DNA from: Octopus bimaculoides
Lineage: Eukaryota
Assembly: GCF_001194135.2 (NCBI RefSeq)
Contig: NC_068995.1
Coordinates: forward strand, 37,390,761 to 37,435,909
Length of the DNA stretch: 45,149 nt
Reading direction: 5' to 3'
Shown: positions 35,181-45,149 of the stretch, piece by piece
Layout: each line of letters opens with the position of its first letter
Position numbering within the stretch: position 1 is the first letter of the stretch
Notes under the pieces: model-generated
The model's input: the letters and a program-made list of their open reading frames with translations, nothing else
Told to the model about the DNA's origin: nothing
The model's database searches: none
Program-made: the position numbers and the translations under genes

Positions 35181-35650
35181 ATATCCGTCAAATGTAAATA
35201 ATGTAAATAACGTAAATACTGTACACAATTCCTCATCTTTTAAATATAGAACTGTATGTCAAATGTTTTTGTGCGTTGACCCGCCTTGTATATAAGCTTT
35301 ACGACTGGCGTGCTCAATAACGTACGTTAATATATGTTTAGGTTGTCATCTGAGAAATTTACAGTATTCAAATAAGTGAAGTTTTGTTTTCAAGCCAAAA
35401 TAATTAACGTTGTTGATTAATTTAACCTCTAGTTTGGCAAACTTAAACTTTTTTTTTTTACTTTACACCTTTACTAATTTCAACTTGGAAATAGCAATTG
35501 CTGCTATTAATTAATATTGGAATAGCAATTACCGTTAACTTGTATATTGTAATAGCCTGTCACTGTCCACAAAGTAATATTACCCCTCTCCCCACACATA
35601 AAGTAAAACTAACACAAATCTTCCGTTTATTGGTATATATTTATTCAAGA

Positions 35651-35867
35651 AAGCCGTGAACTTTCAGAATCGTTAGCACGCCAGGCGAAGTGCGTTACAT
35701 TCTGAGTTCAAATTCCGCTGAAGTTGCCTTTGCTTTTCATCCTTTCGGGGTCGATAAAATAAGTACCAGATGAGTAATGGGATCAATGTAACCCACTTAT
35801 CCCTCTCCAACCCCACACAAAAAAAAAAAAATTGCTAGCCTTTTTCCCAAATTTGAAACCAATATTA
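35651..35867 (+). mobile_element. SINE family B, first of head-to-tail dimer
   Basis: cagaatcgttagcacgccaggcgaa...cctttcggggtcgataaaataagtacc...aaatttgaaaccaatatta. Confidence 0.85.
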
Positions 35868-36075
35868 GTGCGGTGAGCTGGCAGAATCGTTAGCCCGCTG
35901 AACAAAATGCTTAGCGACAATTCGTCCGCGTTCAAATTCCGCCGGGGTTGACGTTGCTTTTCATCCCTTTCGGGGCTTATTAAAATAATTATCAGTTGAG
36001 CATTACGGTCGAGCATTACGGTCGACTTAACCCCTTTCCTGAACCTACTGGCCTTGTGCCAAAATATAAAAGCAG
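35868..36075 (+). mobile_element. SINE family B, second of dimer
   Basis: gcggtgagctggcagaatcgttag starts immediately after the previous tail; ends ctggccttgtgccaaaat. Confidence 0.85.
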
Positions 36076-36358
36076 TATGTGTATATTGAAGCCAGATATT
36101 TATAATGCATTTCCCCTCTAATTCTATTTTATCATCTCACTTTAATATTTATCAAAGTTAATACAGCACACTTTGCATTTCAATATGCTTCGTTATATAA
36201 CTAAAGTGATGTATTTAGTATCATAATAGCTTAACTCTTCTACATTTTTATGCATATTTTAAATATATATAGCATTATGTCATTGTAACTTTCGACGGCT
36301 TGAAAAAAGAAATACTATTCAAACAATATATAGCTAACTTCTGATATGAATATCTTTT

Positions 36359-36480
36359 AGGCGCAGTTTCCGGATTCAATTCCACTGCATGGCACCTTGG
36401 GAAAGTGCCTTCTAATATAGCCTCGAGCCGACTAAAGACTTGTGAGTGAATCTAGTAGACCGAAACTGAAAGAAGCCCGT

Positions 36481-36511
<31 letters not shown>

Positions 36512-36930
36512 NNNNNNNNNNNNNNNNNNNNNNNNNNNNNNNNNNNNNNNNNNNNNNNNNNNNNNNNNNNNNNNNNNNNNNNNNNNNNNNNNNNNNNNNN
36601 NNNNNNNNNNNNNNNNNNNNNNNNNNNNNNNNNNNNNNNNNNNNNNNNNNNNNNNNNNNNNNNNNNTATGTATGTATGTATGTATGTATGTATGTATGTA
36701 TGTATGTATGTATGTATGTATGTATTTGTGTGCCTGCGTTTGTCATTCCACCATCGTTTGACACCGATGTTGATGCCGCCGTAACTTACCGGGGCGGCAA
36801 AAGACCTCGATAGAATAGATATTAGGCCTACAAAGAATAAGTCCTCCGGTCGATTTGTTCGACTAAAGGCAGTGCACCAGCATGGCGTCAGTCAAATGAC
36901 TGAGACAAGTAAGAGAATAAAAGAATAACA
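36359..36930 (+). mobile_element. SINE family A with internal microsatellite and gap
   Basis: Deleted head, ggcaccttgggaaagtg, aagaagcccgtc, (TA)n-gap-(TATG)n, 3' cagcatggcgtcagtcaaatgactgagacaagtaagag. Confidence 0.88.
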
Positions 36931-37103
36931 AAAAATGTGTTCTACCACATGTTAACATCATGTTCAATTCTTTTCCATGCTTAGTTATGAGACTTTAATG
37001 CAGTTACTACCATACAAAGTTTAATGCAGCGGGAATCAGTTCTACATCTGAAACTTGAAGTCATTGAAATGTAGAGTTTATTAGTAAGCACAAATCTTTA
37101 ATT

Positions 37104-37148
37104 AGGCGTAGGCGTCGCTGTGGTTTGCTTGCCGACCACATGGTTCTG
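37104..37148 (+). mobile_element. SINE family A head fragment abutting R4/Dong-like copy
   Basis: aggcgtaggcgtcgctgtggtttgcttgccgaccacatggttctgg. Confidence 0.6.
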
Positions 37149-37149
37149 G

Positions 37150-37890
37150 TCATAAACGTAGCTTCTGCGACACATTGGACGAAACAGTAAACCATCTCGT
37201 TTCGGGATGTCCTGTGCTGATCCCAAACGAATACAAAAATCGCCAAGATAGGGTAGGACAGTATTTACATTGGATAATATGTAAACAGTACAAAATCGGC
37301 ACTCCTGCTGACTTGTATGAATATCATCCTGAGCCAGTCGTTGAAGGTATAAGTGTCACTATCTTCTGGGATTTCCCAGTCAACACCGACAGAACGATCC
37401 AGGCTAATCAGCCAGACATAATTATTAAAGATAAGGAAGAAAATACTTGTTGACTAATATATGTAAGTGTCCCCACTGATAACTATGTATCTGTAAAGGA
37501 ATTTGACAAATTAATTAAATATAAGGACCTGGAAACTGAAATACAAAAGATGTGACATCTTAAAGCAAGAATTCTTCCTGTTATTGTAGGTGCCCTAGGT
37601 ATGATAAAAAAAGTGATGTCAGAAATATCTAGACAACATCCCAGGGGAACAATGTCCCAGAGAAATCCAAATGATTGTGCTGACATGTACTGCCCACATT
37701 CTTAGTAAAACTCTGTCCATTTAAATGTCTGTGTTGTATTACGTGAAGATATTTCGCAACTGCCCTTGCTACTTCCTTTCTCCAAGCCTTCAGTCAGACT
37801 GTAACATCTCTTATCCATCACTTGCCTTAGTATACAGGGTGTGTCTCGGAAAGTGATTGTAAATAACATGCAAATTAAAAGTAAACAACC
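37150..37890 (+). mobile_element. R4/Dong-like retrotransposon 3' fragment (array unit 1)
   Basis: FCDTLDETVNHLVSGC (CCHC), WDFPVNTDRTIQANQPDIIIKDKEENTC, KYKDLETEIQKM, PVIVGALG; 3' UTR followed by (CAA)(TAA)n. Confidence 0.9.
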
Positions 37891-37919
37891 ACAGCAACAA
37901 TAATAATAATAATTAAAAA

Positions 37920-37960
37920 CTAAGGAGGGTTCTTGGCTTCTAAGTGCTTCTTGTGCATGA
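37920..37960 (+). mobile_element. R4/Dong-like micro-fragment (array unit 2)
   Basis: cta agg agg gtt ctt ggc ttc taa = LRRVLGF*, similar to the ORF end of unit 4 (ILTRVLGI); (TAA)n on both sides. Confidence 0.5.
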
Positions 37961-37971
37961 TAATAATAATG

Positions 37972-38033
<62 letters not shown>

Positions 38034-38058
38034 GTAATAATAATAATAATAATAATAA
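37961..38058. repeat. (TAA)n microsatellite within the array
   Basis: About 32 units, two interruptions. Confidence 0.95.
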
Positions 38059-38059
38059 G

Positions 38060-40953
38060 ATTGCCATGGAGAACGATAGCGACATTATTTGCAACCTTAA
38101 AAAGGTTGATCGAAGGAAAGTGAACCAAGAAACGAAAAATGCCAATGAAATTCTGAAATACATCAGAACAAAAAACATCACAGAAACATATAATTTGATC
38201 AAAGCAGCAAGAATTGTTGTAGCAGAGAACGTGGGTGTTGATGGCAAGAAAAAGAACCATAATGGAAGTGACAAAGGAAAAGATCCATGGTGGAAAAGAA
38301 GAATCCAGGCAGGATTNNNNNNNNNNNNNNNNNNNNNNNNNNNNNNNNNNNNNNNNNNNNNNNNNNNNNNNNNNNNNNNNNNNNNNNNNNNNNNNNNNNN
38401 NNNNNNNNNNNNNNNNNNNNNNNNNNNNNNNNNNNNNNNNNNNNNNNNNNNNNNNNNNNNNNNNNNNNNNNNNNNNNNNNNNNNNNNNNNNNNNNNNNNN
38501 NNNNNNNNNNNNNNNNNNNNNNNNNNNNNNNNNNNNNNNNNNNNNNNNNNNNNNNNNNNNNNNNNNNNNNNNNNNNNNNNNNNNNNNNNNNNNNNNNNNN
38601 NNNNNNNNNNNNNNNNNNNNNNNNNNNNNNNNNNNNNNNNNNNNNNNNNNNNNNNNNNNNNNNNNNNNNNNNNNNNNNNNNNNNNNNNNNNNNNNNNNNN
38701 NNNNNNNNNAAAAAAAAAAAAAAAATGAGCAACTGGAAGGCCCCGGGACTAGATGGAGTTCAAGGCTACTGGATCAAAAGATTTGGTGAATGCCATGCAC
38801 GAATAGCTGCGCAACTCCACACCTTGTTAAATGCCGACCAAGTAACACCAAAATGGTTGACATTGAGTAGGACAGTGCTATGCCTGAAAAACATCGAAAA
38901 AGGCAATACAGTATGCAATCACATGCCGATATCCTGTTTGCCACATATGTGGAAGTTATTGACTGGAATAGTTGCAGAGTCAATGTACGAACATCTACAA
39001 AAAAAGTGGATTCCTGCCACATGAGCAGAAGGGTTGCAAGCGTAAGTGAAGAGGCACCAAGGATCAACTCCTTATAGACAAAACTGTACTTAAAGACTGC
39101 AAGAGGAGGAAAAGAATCTTAGCCATGTCATGGATCAACTATCATAAGGCGTATGATATGACCCAACATTCTTGGATTATGGCGTATATGAACCTATTTG
39201 GTATTGCATGGAATATTGAGCGATTGCTTGGAAAAAGTATAGCGAATTAGAGGACGGACTTGACAGCACACCGAAGAAGTTTAGGGACAGTAGAAATTAG
39301 GAGGGGCATCTTCCAAGGTGATTGCCTGTTCCCACTAATCTTTGTACTGTGCTTGATACCACTAACACTGATTCTGAGAAAAGCAAAAGCTGGGTATGTA
39401 TTCAAAAGCCGCCAATAAAAAGTCAACCATTTGTTATTCATGGATGACCTCAAACTTTATGGTAAAGATGAAGCCCAAGTCAGTTCCCTCAGTGATACGG
39501 TGCATACCTTCAGTGTTGATATCAGAATGGAGTTCGGGTTGAGAAAGTGTAGTGTATTAGTCTTGAAGAGAGGCAATATCAAATCTATGAACGGGCTAAC
39601 GATACTATCGGGGGAGGTTATGAAAGAGATAGAAGAGACGGGCTATAATTACTTGGAGATTTTGGAAATGGATAAATTGATGGAGAAAGAAATGACAGAA
39701 AAATTTAAGGTGGAATACTTGCGCAAACTGAGACTGATCCTTAAGTCGAAATTAAACGGACGGAATAAGATCGAAGCTATCAACACCTGGGCGGTTTCAC
39801 TCCTTAGATATGGAGCAGGGGTAATCGCATGAACAGTAGACGAACTAAACGACTTAGACAGAAAGACAAGGAAGTTGCCCACTAGATATGGGTTACTCCA
39901 CCCAAAAGGTGTCACAGACAGACTGTATGTACCAAGAAAAAGAGGGGGAAGAGGACTTATTGGATGCGAACAAAGCATTAAAGCAGAAGAAAAAACATAT
40001 CATGGTATGTAAAAATGCTATAGAACTGCTATTACTAGAAGTAAGAAGTTCAGGCCTGTGTCGGATGAAAGATTACAAAGATAAAGCACTATACAAGAAA
40101 TTGAAAACGAATGGAACTGAAAATAGGTGGGTAAAGAAAAGAATGCATGGTCAATTTTATAGGGATGTTGAAGATAAGACAGACAGAGGAAAAAGATGGT
40201 TGTGGATGACTAAAAGTGATTTAAAGCTGGAAACGGAGGCTCTAATCTGTGCTGCCTAAGAGCCAGCACTAAGAACAAACTACATAAAATACAGAATAGA
40301 CAGCAACAGCAGAAAGTGATAAGTGCAGAATCTGTGGACAAAACGGTGAAACCGTATGGCATATTACCAAACATTGTACGCCGCTATCCCAGAAAGAACA
40401 TAAGAGACGCCACGACAATATAGCCAGGTTTGTCCATTGGACAATTTGCAATAAGTATGGACTTGACAGAGTAAAAAATTGGTACGACCACAAACATGAA
40501 GGTATCGTCGAAAATAGAAATGGAAAGATCTTATGGGATTTTATGATTCAGTGTAATCATGAGATAGAGAACGGTAAGTCAGACAGTCTTAACTGAGAAA
40601 GAAAACAAACTATGCTGGATCATAGATATAGCGTGCCCAGCTGACAACAACGTATGCGATAAGGAAGAAAGAAAAGTCGAGAGATATGACGGGTTAGCTT
40701 GGGAAGTTAAGAAGCTGTGGTTATTGAAAAAAGTAGTGGTAGTACCAATTATTATCAGAGCTCTAGGAACAGTGAGCAAAAATCTCGAGAATAGGGGTTG
40801 CCATAAGGGTGGAGAACTTTCAGAAAACATTACTGCTTGGAACCGCTCGGATACTCCAGAATGTGCTCGAAAAATAAGAGGAGTTACCTTAGTTCACTGA
40901 TAGTAAACAGCTGACACCGTAGTACATCTCCAGCGTTAGAAGCTGTGAAAAGG
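38060..40953 (+). mobile_element. R4/Dong-like retrotransposon, most complete copy (array unit 3), pseudogenised
   Basis: N-terminal PWWKRRI, NWKAPGLDGVQGYWIK, RGIFQGD, LFMDDLKLYG, CRICGQNGETVWHI..HC, WDFMIQCNH, IIDIACPAD; several stops and frameshifts; N-gap 38317-38709. Confidence 0.93.
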
Positions 40954-40954
40954 C

Positions 40955-41036
<82 letters not shown>

Positions 41037-41057
41037 GTAGTAGTAGTAGTAGTAGTA
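40954..41057. repeat. Compound (CAA)n(TAA)n(TAG)n microsatellite
   Basis: Read directly; separates array units 3 and 4. Confidence 0.95.
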
Positions 41058-41061
41058 ATAA

Positions 41062-42647
41062 TTACGAGAGTGAGTACAATACTGGTCATTAATAATCACT
41101 AGAGAAATGACAATACACATTTTAAAAGACAAGATTAAAGGGAAATACAGCTCGCAACTATAGACCAATTACTTGCTTACCAGTAGTGTGGAAGCAGTTA
41201 GCAGAAATGCTTTCAGAAAGCAATTACGAGCACCATGGCAACCAGAATTTACAACCAGAAGAACAGAAAGGTTGCAGGAAGAAGGCTAGAGGAAAGTATG
41301 ATCTATTATATAAAGACAAAGCAGTTCTAAATGAAGTAAAAGCTAGAAAGAAAAATCTAAAAGTAACATGGATAGATATCAAAAGAAGAATTCTCCAGGA
41401 GGACTTGTTGTCCTCTTTAATGTTTGTCTTATGTTTGACCCCCCCCCCCTCAGTTTATTATTAAAGAAGGCAAAGTCAGATTATCTATTTAGAAATAGTA
41501 AGGGGAAAATTAGCCATTTCCTCTACACGAATGATCTGAAGCTTTTTAGTAAGAATGTAAAAGAGATAGATTCCTTAATACAGACTGTAACACTTTTCAG
41601 CAAAAATAAAGGCATTGAATTTGGCATAGGTAAGTGTACAATGTTAGTCATGGGAAGGGGACAGGCACTCAACAGCAAAGGCATCCAAATACCAGATGGC
41701 CAGACATTAAAATCATTGAAAAGCGGAGAGAGTTATAAGTATCTAGGAGTATTAGAATCTGACTGAGTACTAACTACGGAAATGAAAACGAAAATTGAGA
41801 AGAGGAAGAGTGAGGAAGTTAATTAAATCAAAGCTAAATGGTCCGAATTTAGTGAAGTCTGTAAATACCTTGGCAGTATCATTACTTAGATACTCAGCAG
41901 CTTTTGTAGACTGAACAAAAACTGAATTAGCAAAGCTAGACAGAAGAACTAGGAAGGAATTCAATATGAAAAGAGAACTCCACTCAAGAGTAGGAGTAGC
42001 AAGATAATATCTACGTAGAAAGGAAGGCAGAAGGGGGTTAGTATCAGTAGAAGACTGTGTGGAGTTCGTTAGAGTAGATATAGACTCCTATGTAGGTAAT
42101 ATTAAAAGAAAGTTTATTAAAAGCTGCTAGAGTCACAGCAAGAACAGGGAAACCAAAAACCCAAACGAAGTTTAAAACTGGAAAGTAGATCTGAAATCAT
42201 GTGACTGGCATGGTAGATTCCCAAAGGTAGTTTCAGCAAATAGTATTAGTGAGACGTAGTTATGGTTGCAGAAAGGAAAGCTGATGAAGGAGACAGAAAG
42301 TTTGCTAGTACTGCACAAGATCAAGCACTAAGAACTAATTGGATAAAGTTGGCCAAGATAGACAAACACCCTAGTAGATTCCCAATGTTGATTATGCAAA
42401 CAAAAAGAGGAAAGTGTTAGTCATATAGCAAGCGAATGTAGCACGCTGGCACAGAAAGAATACAAGAAAAGACGTGACAATCTAGGGAGTGCAATCCTTT
42501 GGGAGCTATTAAGAAAGCTAGGATTTGAACATACTGATCAATGGTATGATTATGAACCTAATAAATTACTAGAAAGTAAGAAATACAAGATACTGTGTGA
42601 TTTTAACACTCAGAATGATAGCGTAATAGAAACTAGAAGGCCTGATT

Positions 42648-42713
<66 letters not shown>

Positions 42714-43525
42714 ATAAAAAGAACAGAAAGTGCCAGATAATTGACTTTAGAGTTCCAAACGATGAAAAATTTATGAGAGAGAAAACATAGTAAAGTATCA
42801 GGATCTAGTTATTGAATTACAGAGACTATGAAAAGTGCGTCTAAAATGTATCCCAGTAGTTATAGGCGCATTGGGAAGATCTGAAATAAGTATAACACCC
42901 AGTTTAGTACAGTTGCAGTAAATAGTGTTATTAGGCGCAGGAGTGCCTGTGCGGTAAGTAGCTTGCTTACCGACCACATGGTTCCGGGTTCAGTCCCACT
43001 GCGTGGCACCTTGGGCAAGTGTCTTCTGCTATAGTCTCGGGTCGACCAAAACCTTGTAAGTGGATTTNNNNNNNNNNACCTTGGGCAAGTGTCTTCTGCT
43101 ATAGTCTCGGGTCGACCAAAACCTTGTAAGTGGATTTGGTAGACGGAAACTGAAAGAAGCCCGTCGTATATATGTACATATATATGTGTGTGTGTTTGAC
43201 AACCGATGCTGGTATGTTTACGTTCCCGTAACTTAGCGGTTCAGCAAAAAGAGACCGATAAAATAAGTACTAGGCTTACAAATATTAAGTCCTGGGGTCG
43301 ATTTTCTCGACTAAAAGCGGTGCTGCAGCATGGCCGCAGTCAAATGACTGAAACAAGTAAAAGAGCAAAAGTGTAAAGAGAGAAAGCTAGGATACTTACG
43401 AGGGTTCTTGGCATCTGCGGTTACTTGCTGTAACCCAATAGGGGGGTTCTGGACATCTGCGTCTATTTATTGTAGCCCGATGTTAGGATTCTTTTCTTTT
43501 CTAACAGTCTAATCTGTTGAGTGTA
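41062..43525 (+). mobile_element. R4/Dong-like retrotransposon (array unit 4), 5'-truncated, internally deleted, interrupted by SINE-A
   Basis: NYRPITCLP, EEQKGCRK, FLYTNDLKLFSKN, YKYLGVLE, RPDL(V)nDKKNRKCQIIDF; 3' UTR ends gtctaatctgttgagtgta before (AAT)n at 43532-43552. Confidence 0.92.
42933..43380 (+). mobile_element. SINE family A nested in R4/Dong-like unit 4
   Basis: Full head and tail; the sister R4 copy (7220-8205) is uninterrupted at this point. Confidence 0.92.
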
Positions 43526-44541
43526 TATGAAAATAATAATAATAATAATAAATTGCAGCGGTCCTTTATGCCCCGTAAAAGAACTCGGAAGGCTGGGCCT
43601 TCAGTCAGGCCTTTCGCAATACTATTAAAACGAACTTTTCAACACCCCTTCGTGTATAATATCGGGAAAATATTTTGTGTACATGAAGGCGTTATTAAAT
43701 ATTTAGGGAAAGATCATATACAGATGCTGAAATTGTCTGCAAGTAGCAGGTGTTTAAGCAAAGATGATTACAAAAATAACAATCCTACAAATTTAGCAAC
43801 GATGTGAATGACGTATTGTTAATATCTGTCTCCTATATCTGTTTACTTGTTACTCATAAATTTGATATCGCATTGAATTCTGACTGTTGGAGAATACGCA
43901 CACGTATATGTAGATCAGTTTTCTGCAGGTATATAAAAGTGTCCTACTATTTACATAAAATATCTTGTCATTTATTTTCAATAAATATATTCGTTCATTA
44001 CTATAGGTACACAACTATAATCTAAAATCTACAAATATTTTTGTAGGTCTTTGTTAACTCTTTAATAAGAGTATGTATGTTAAAAACAAGTTTCTATTCA
44101 ATTAGTATCTACATTTAAAAATAAGAAATCATCATTTTTCATTCCAATAGTACATCAACGTATTTCTACACGTGCAGTGGTGCCTGCAACAATCAGATAG
44201 ATTTCATGCATTATTTTCCTTATTATCGATAATGTTCTACATCATTATTCACTTCTTATTTCGCTGCAGCAAATCCCTTAATATATGCAGACTAGCAAGC
44301 CATACTGAACTGGGGAAACCATTATGGAATCGATGTTGCATGGACACGGCTAATAATGAACTGTGACATCATGGCTGACGTGAATGTGGAGAGAGGTCAT
44401 ACAATTGTCGTGACTTTGATTTCACCAATAAATTTTGAGTAGAAAACCGCATAAAATCTAGAGAGTAATGATGTGGCAATCATACTTGGACAATTTTGTT
44501 TGTTTTGCCCTTGTTTTATTCATTATTACAATACAGTTACG

Positions 44542-44690
44542 GTAGAAAGCTGATAGGATCGTTTACGATACGGCAAAATGCTCAAAGGCATTTTGCTTGT
44601 CTTTACTTCGGTGAGTTCTAATTACATTGATGGCAACTTTGCTTTTCATGCATTCGGGGGCAAAAGTGTGTCAGTTAAATACTGAAGTTG
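44542..44690 (+). mobile_element. Highly degenerate SINE family B copy
   Basis: aagctgataggatcgttt...ggcaactttgcttttcatgcattcggggg. Confidence 0.45.
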
Positions 44691-45077
44691 TTGTAAACGA
44701 CTAGCACTCTACATATCCCGCCCCAGCCCCCAAAACCCCCAAAGAAGTTCAGACCTCTGTCAATAATAGGAAGTATTATTACAATGCAACTGGAGTGAAG
44801 TTTAAGTGCAATTCATATTAGTGTGAGATAAAAATGAAATCAACAGTTGAAATAATCAAATAAAGGCATAAAATCTGCGGTAAAATTTCAGTCATAATAT
44901 TATACTGAGCATATGGTGTACTCCTGAACAAATAGAAATCCACCAACGCCTGTAAAATATAAAATTCGCTTGCACTTACGAATATATATATACTTATGTT
45001 CACATATCTATCTATCTACCTACCTACCTGCCTACCTGCCTACCTATCTATCTATCTACATGAATATGCTCACAAAC

Positions 45078-45078
<1 letters not shown>

Positions 45079-45149
<71 letters not shown>
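45079..45149. repeat. (CA)n microsatellite
   Basis: Read directly from sequence. Confidence 0.95.

Noticed and set aside
38710-38725. Poly-A run inside the R4/Dong ORF suggesting a separate retro-insertion
   Set aside because: It abuts an assembly gap, so its length and context are unreliable.
43008-43137. Exact 60-bp direct repeat inside the nested SINE-A
   Set aside because: The two copies flank a 10-N gap; most likely an unmerged contig overlap, not biology.

Overview
AT-rich eukaryotic DNA dense in microsatellites, with 13 N-gaps that mostly abut (TA)n/(CA)n tracts. The SINE repertoire resembles octopus (coleoid cephalopod) DNA; this is an inference, not a verified assignment. No intact, recognisable host gene is present, and most ORF-track entries are translations of microsatellites or gaps. 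The window is dominated by transposon remnants: (1) R4/Dong-like non-LTR retrotransposons (RT, CCHC, restriction-like endonuclease) stacked head-to-tail at (TAA)n tracts, in a 4-unit plus-strand array at 37.1-43.55 kb and a 2-unit minus-strand cluster at 6.5-8.2 kb; (2) CR1-like, RTE-like and Penelope-like fragments; (3) two Tc1/mariner remnants; (4) at least three tRNA-derived SINE families, called A, B and C here. The most notable observations are the (TAA)n-associated retrotransposon array; a 3' tail and stem-loop shared between SINE-A and the CR1-like LINE, with a compensatory base-pair change; a minimal hammerhead-like fold in a Penelope-type terminal repeat; two long fold-back hairpins; a candidate signal-peptide first exon on the minus strand; and a degenerate tRNA-like gene. 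SINE and LINE boundaries were read by eye and are approximate to about 10-20 bp.
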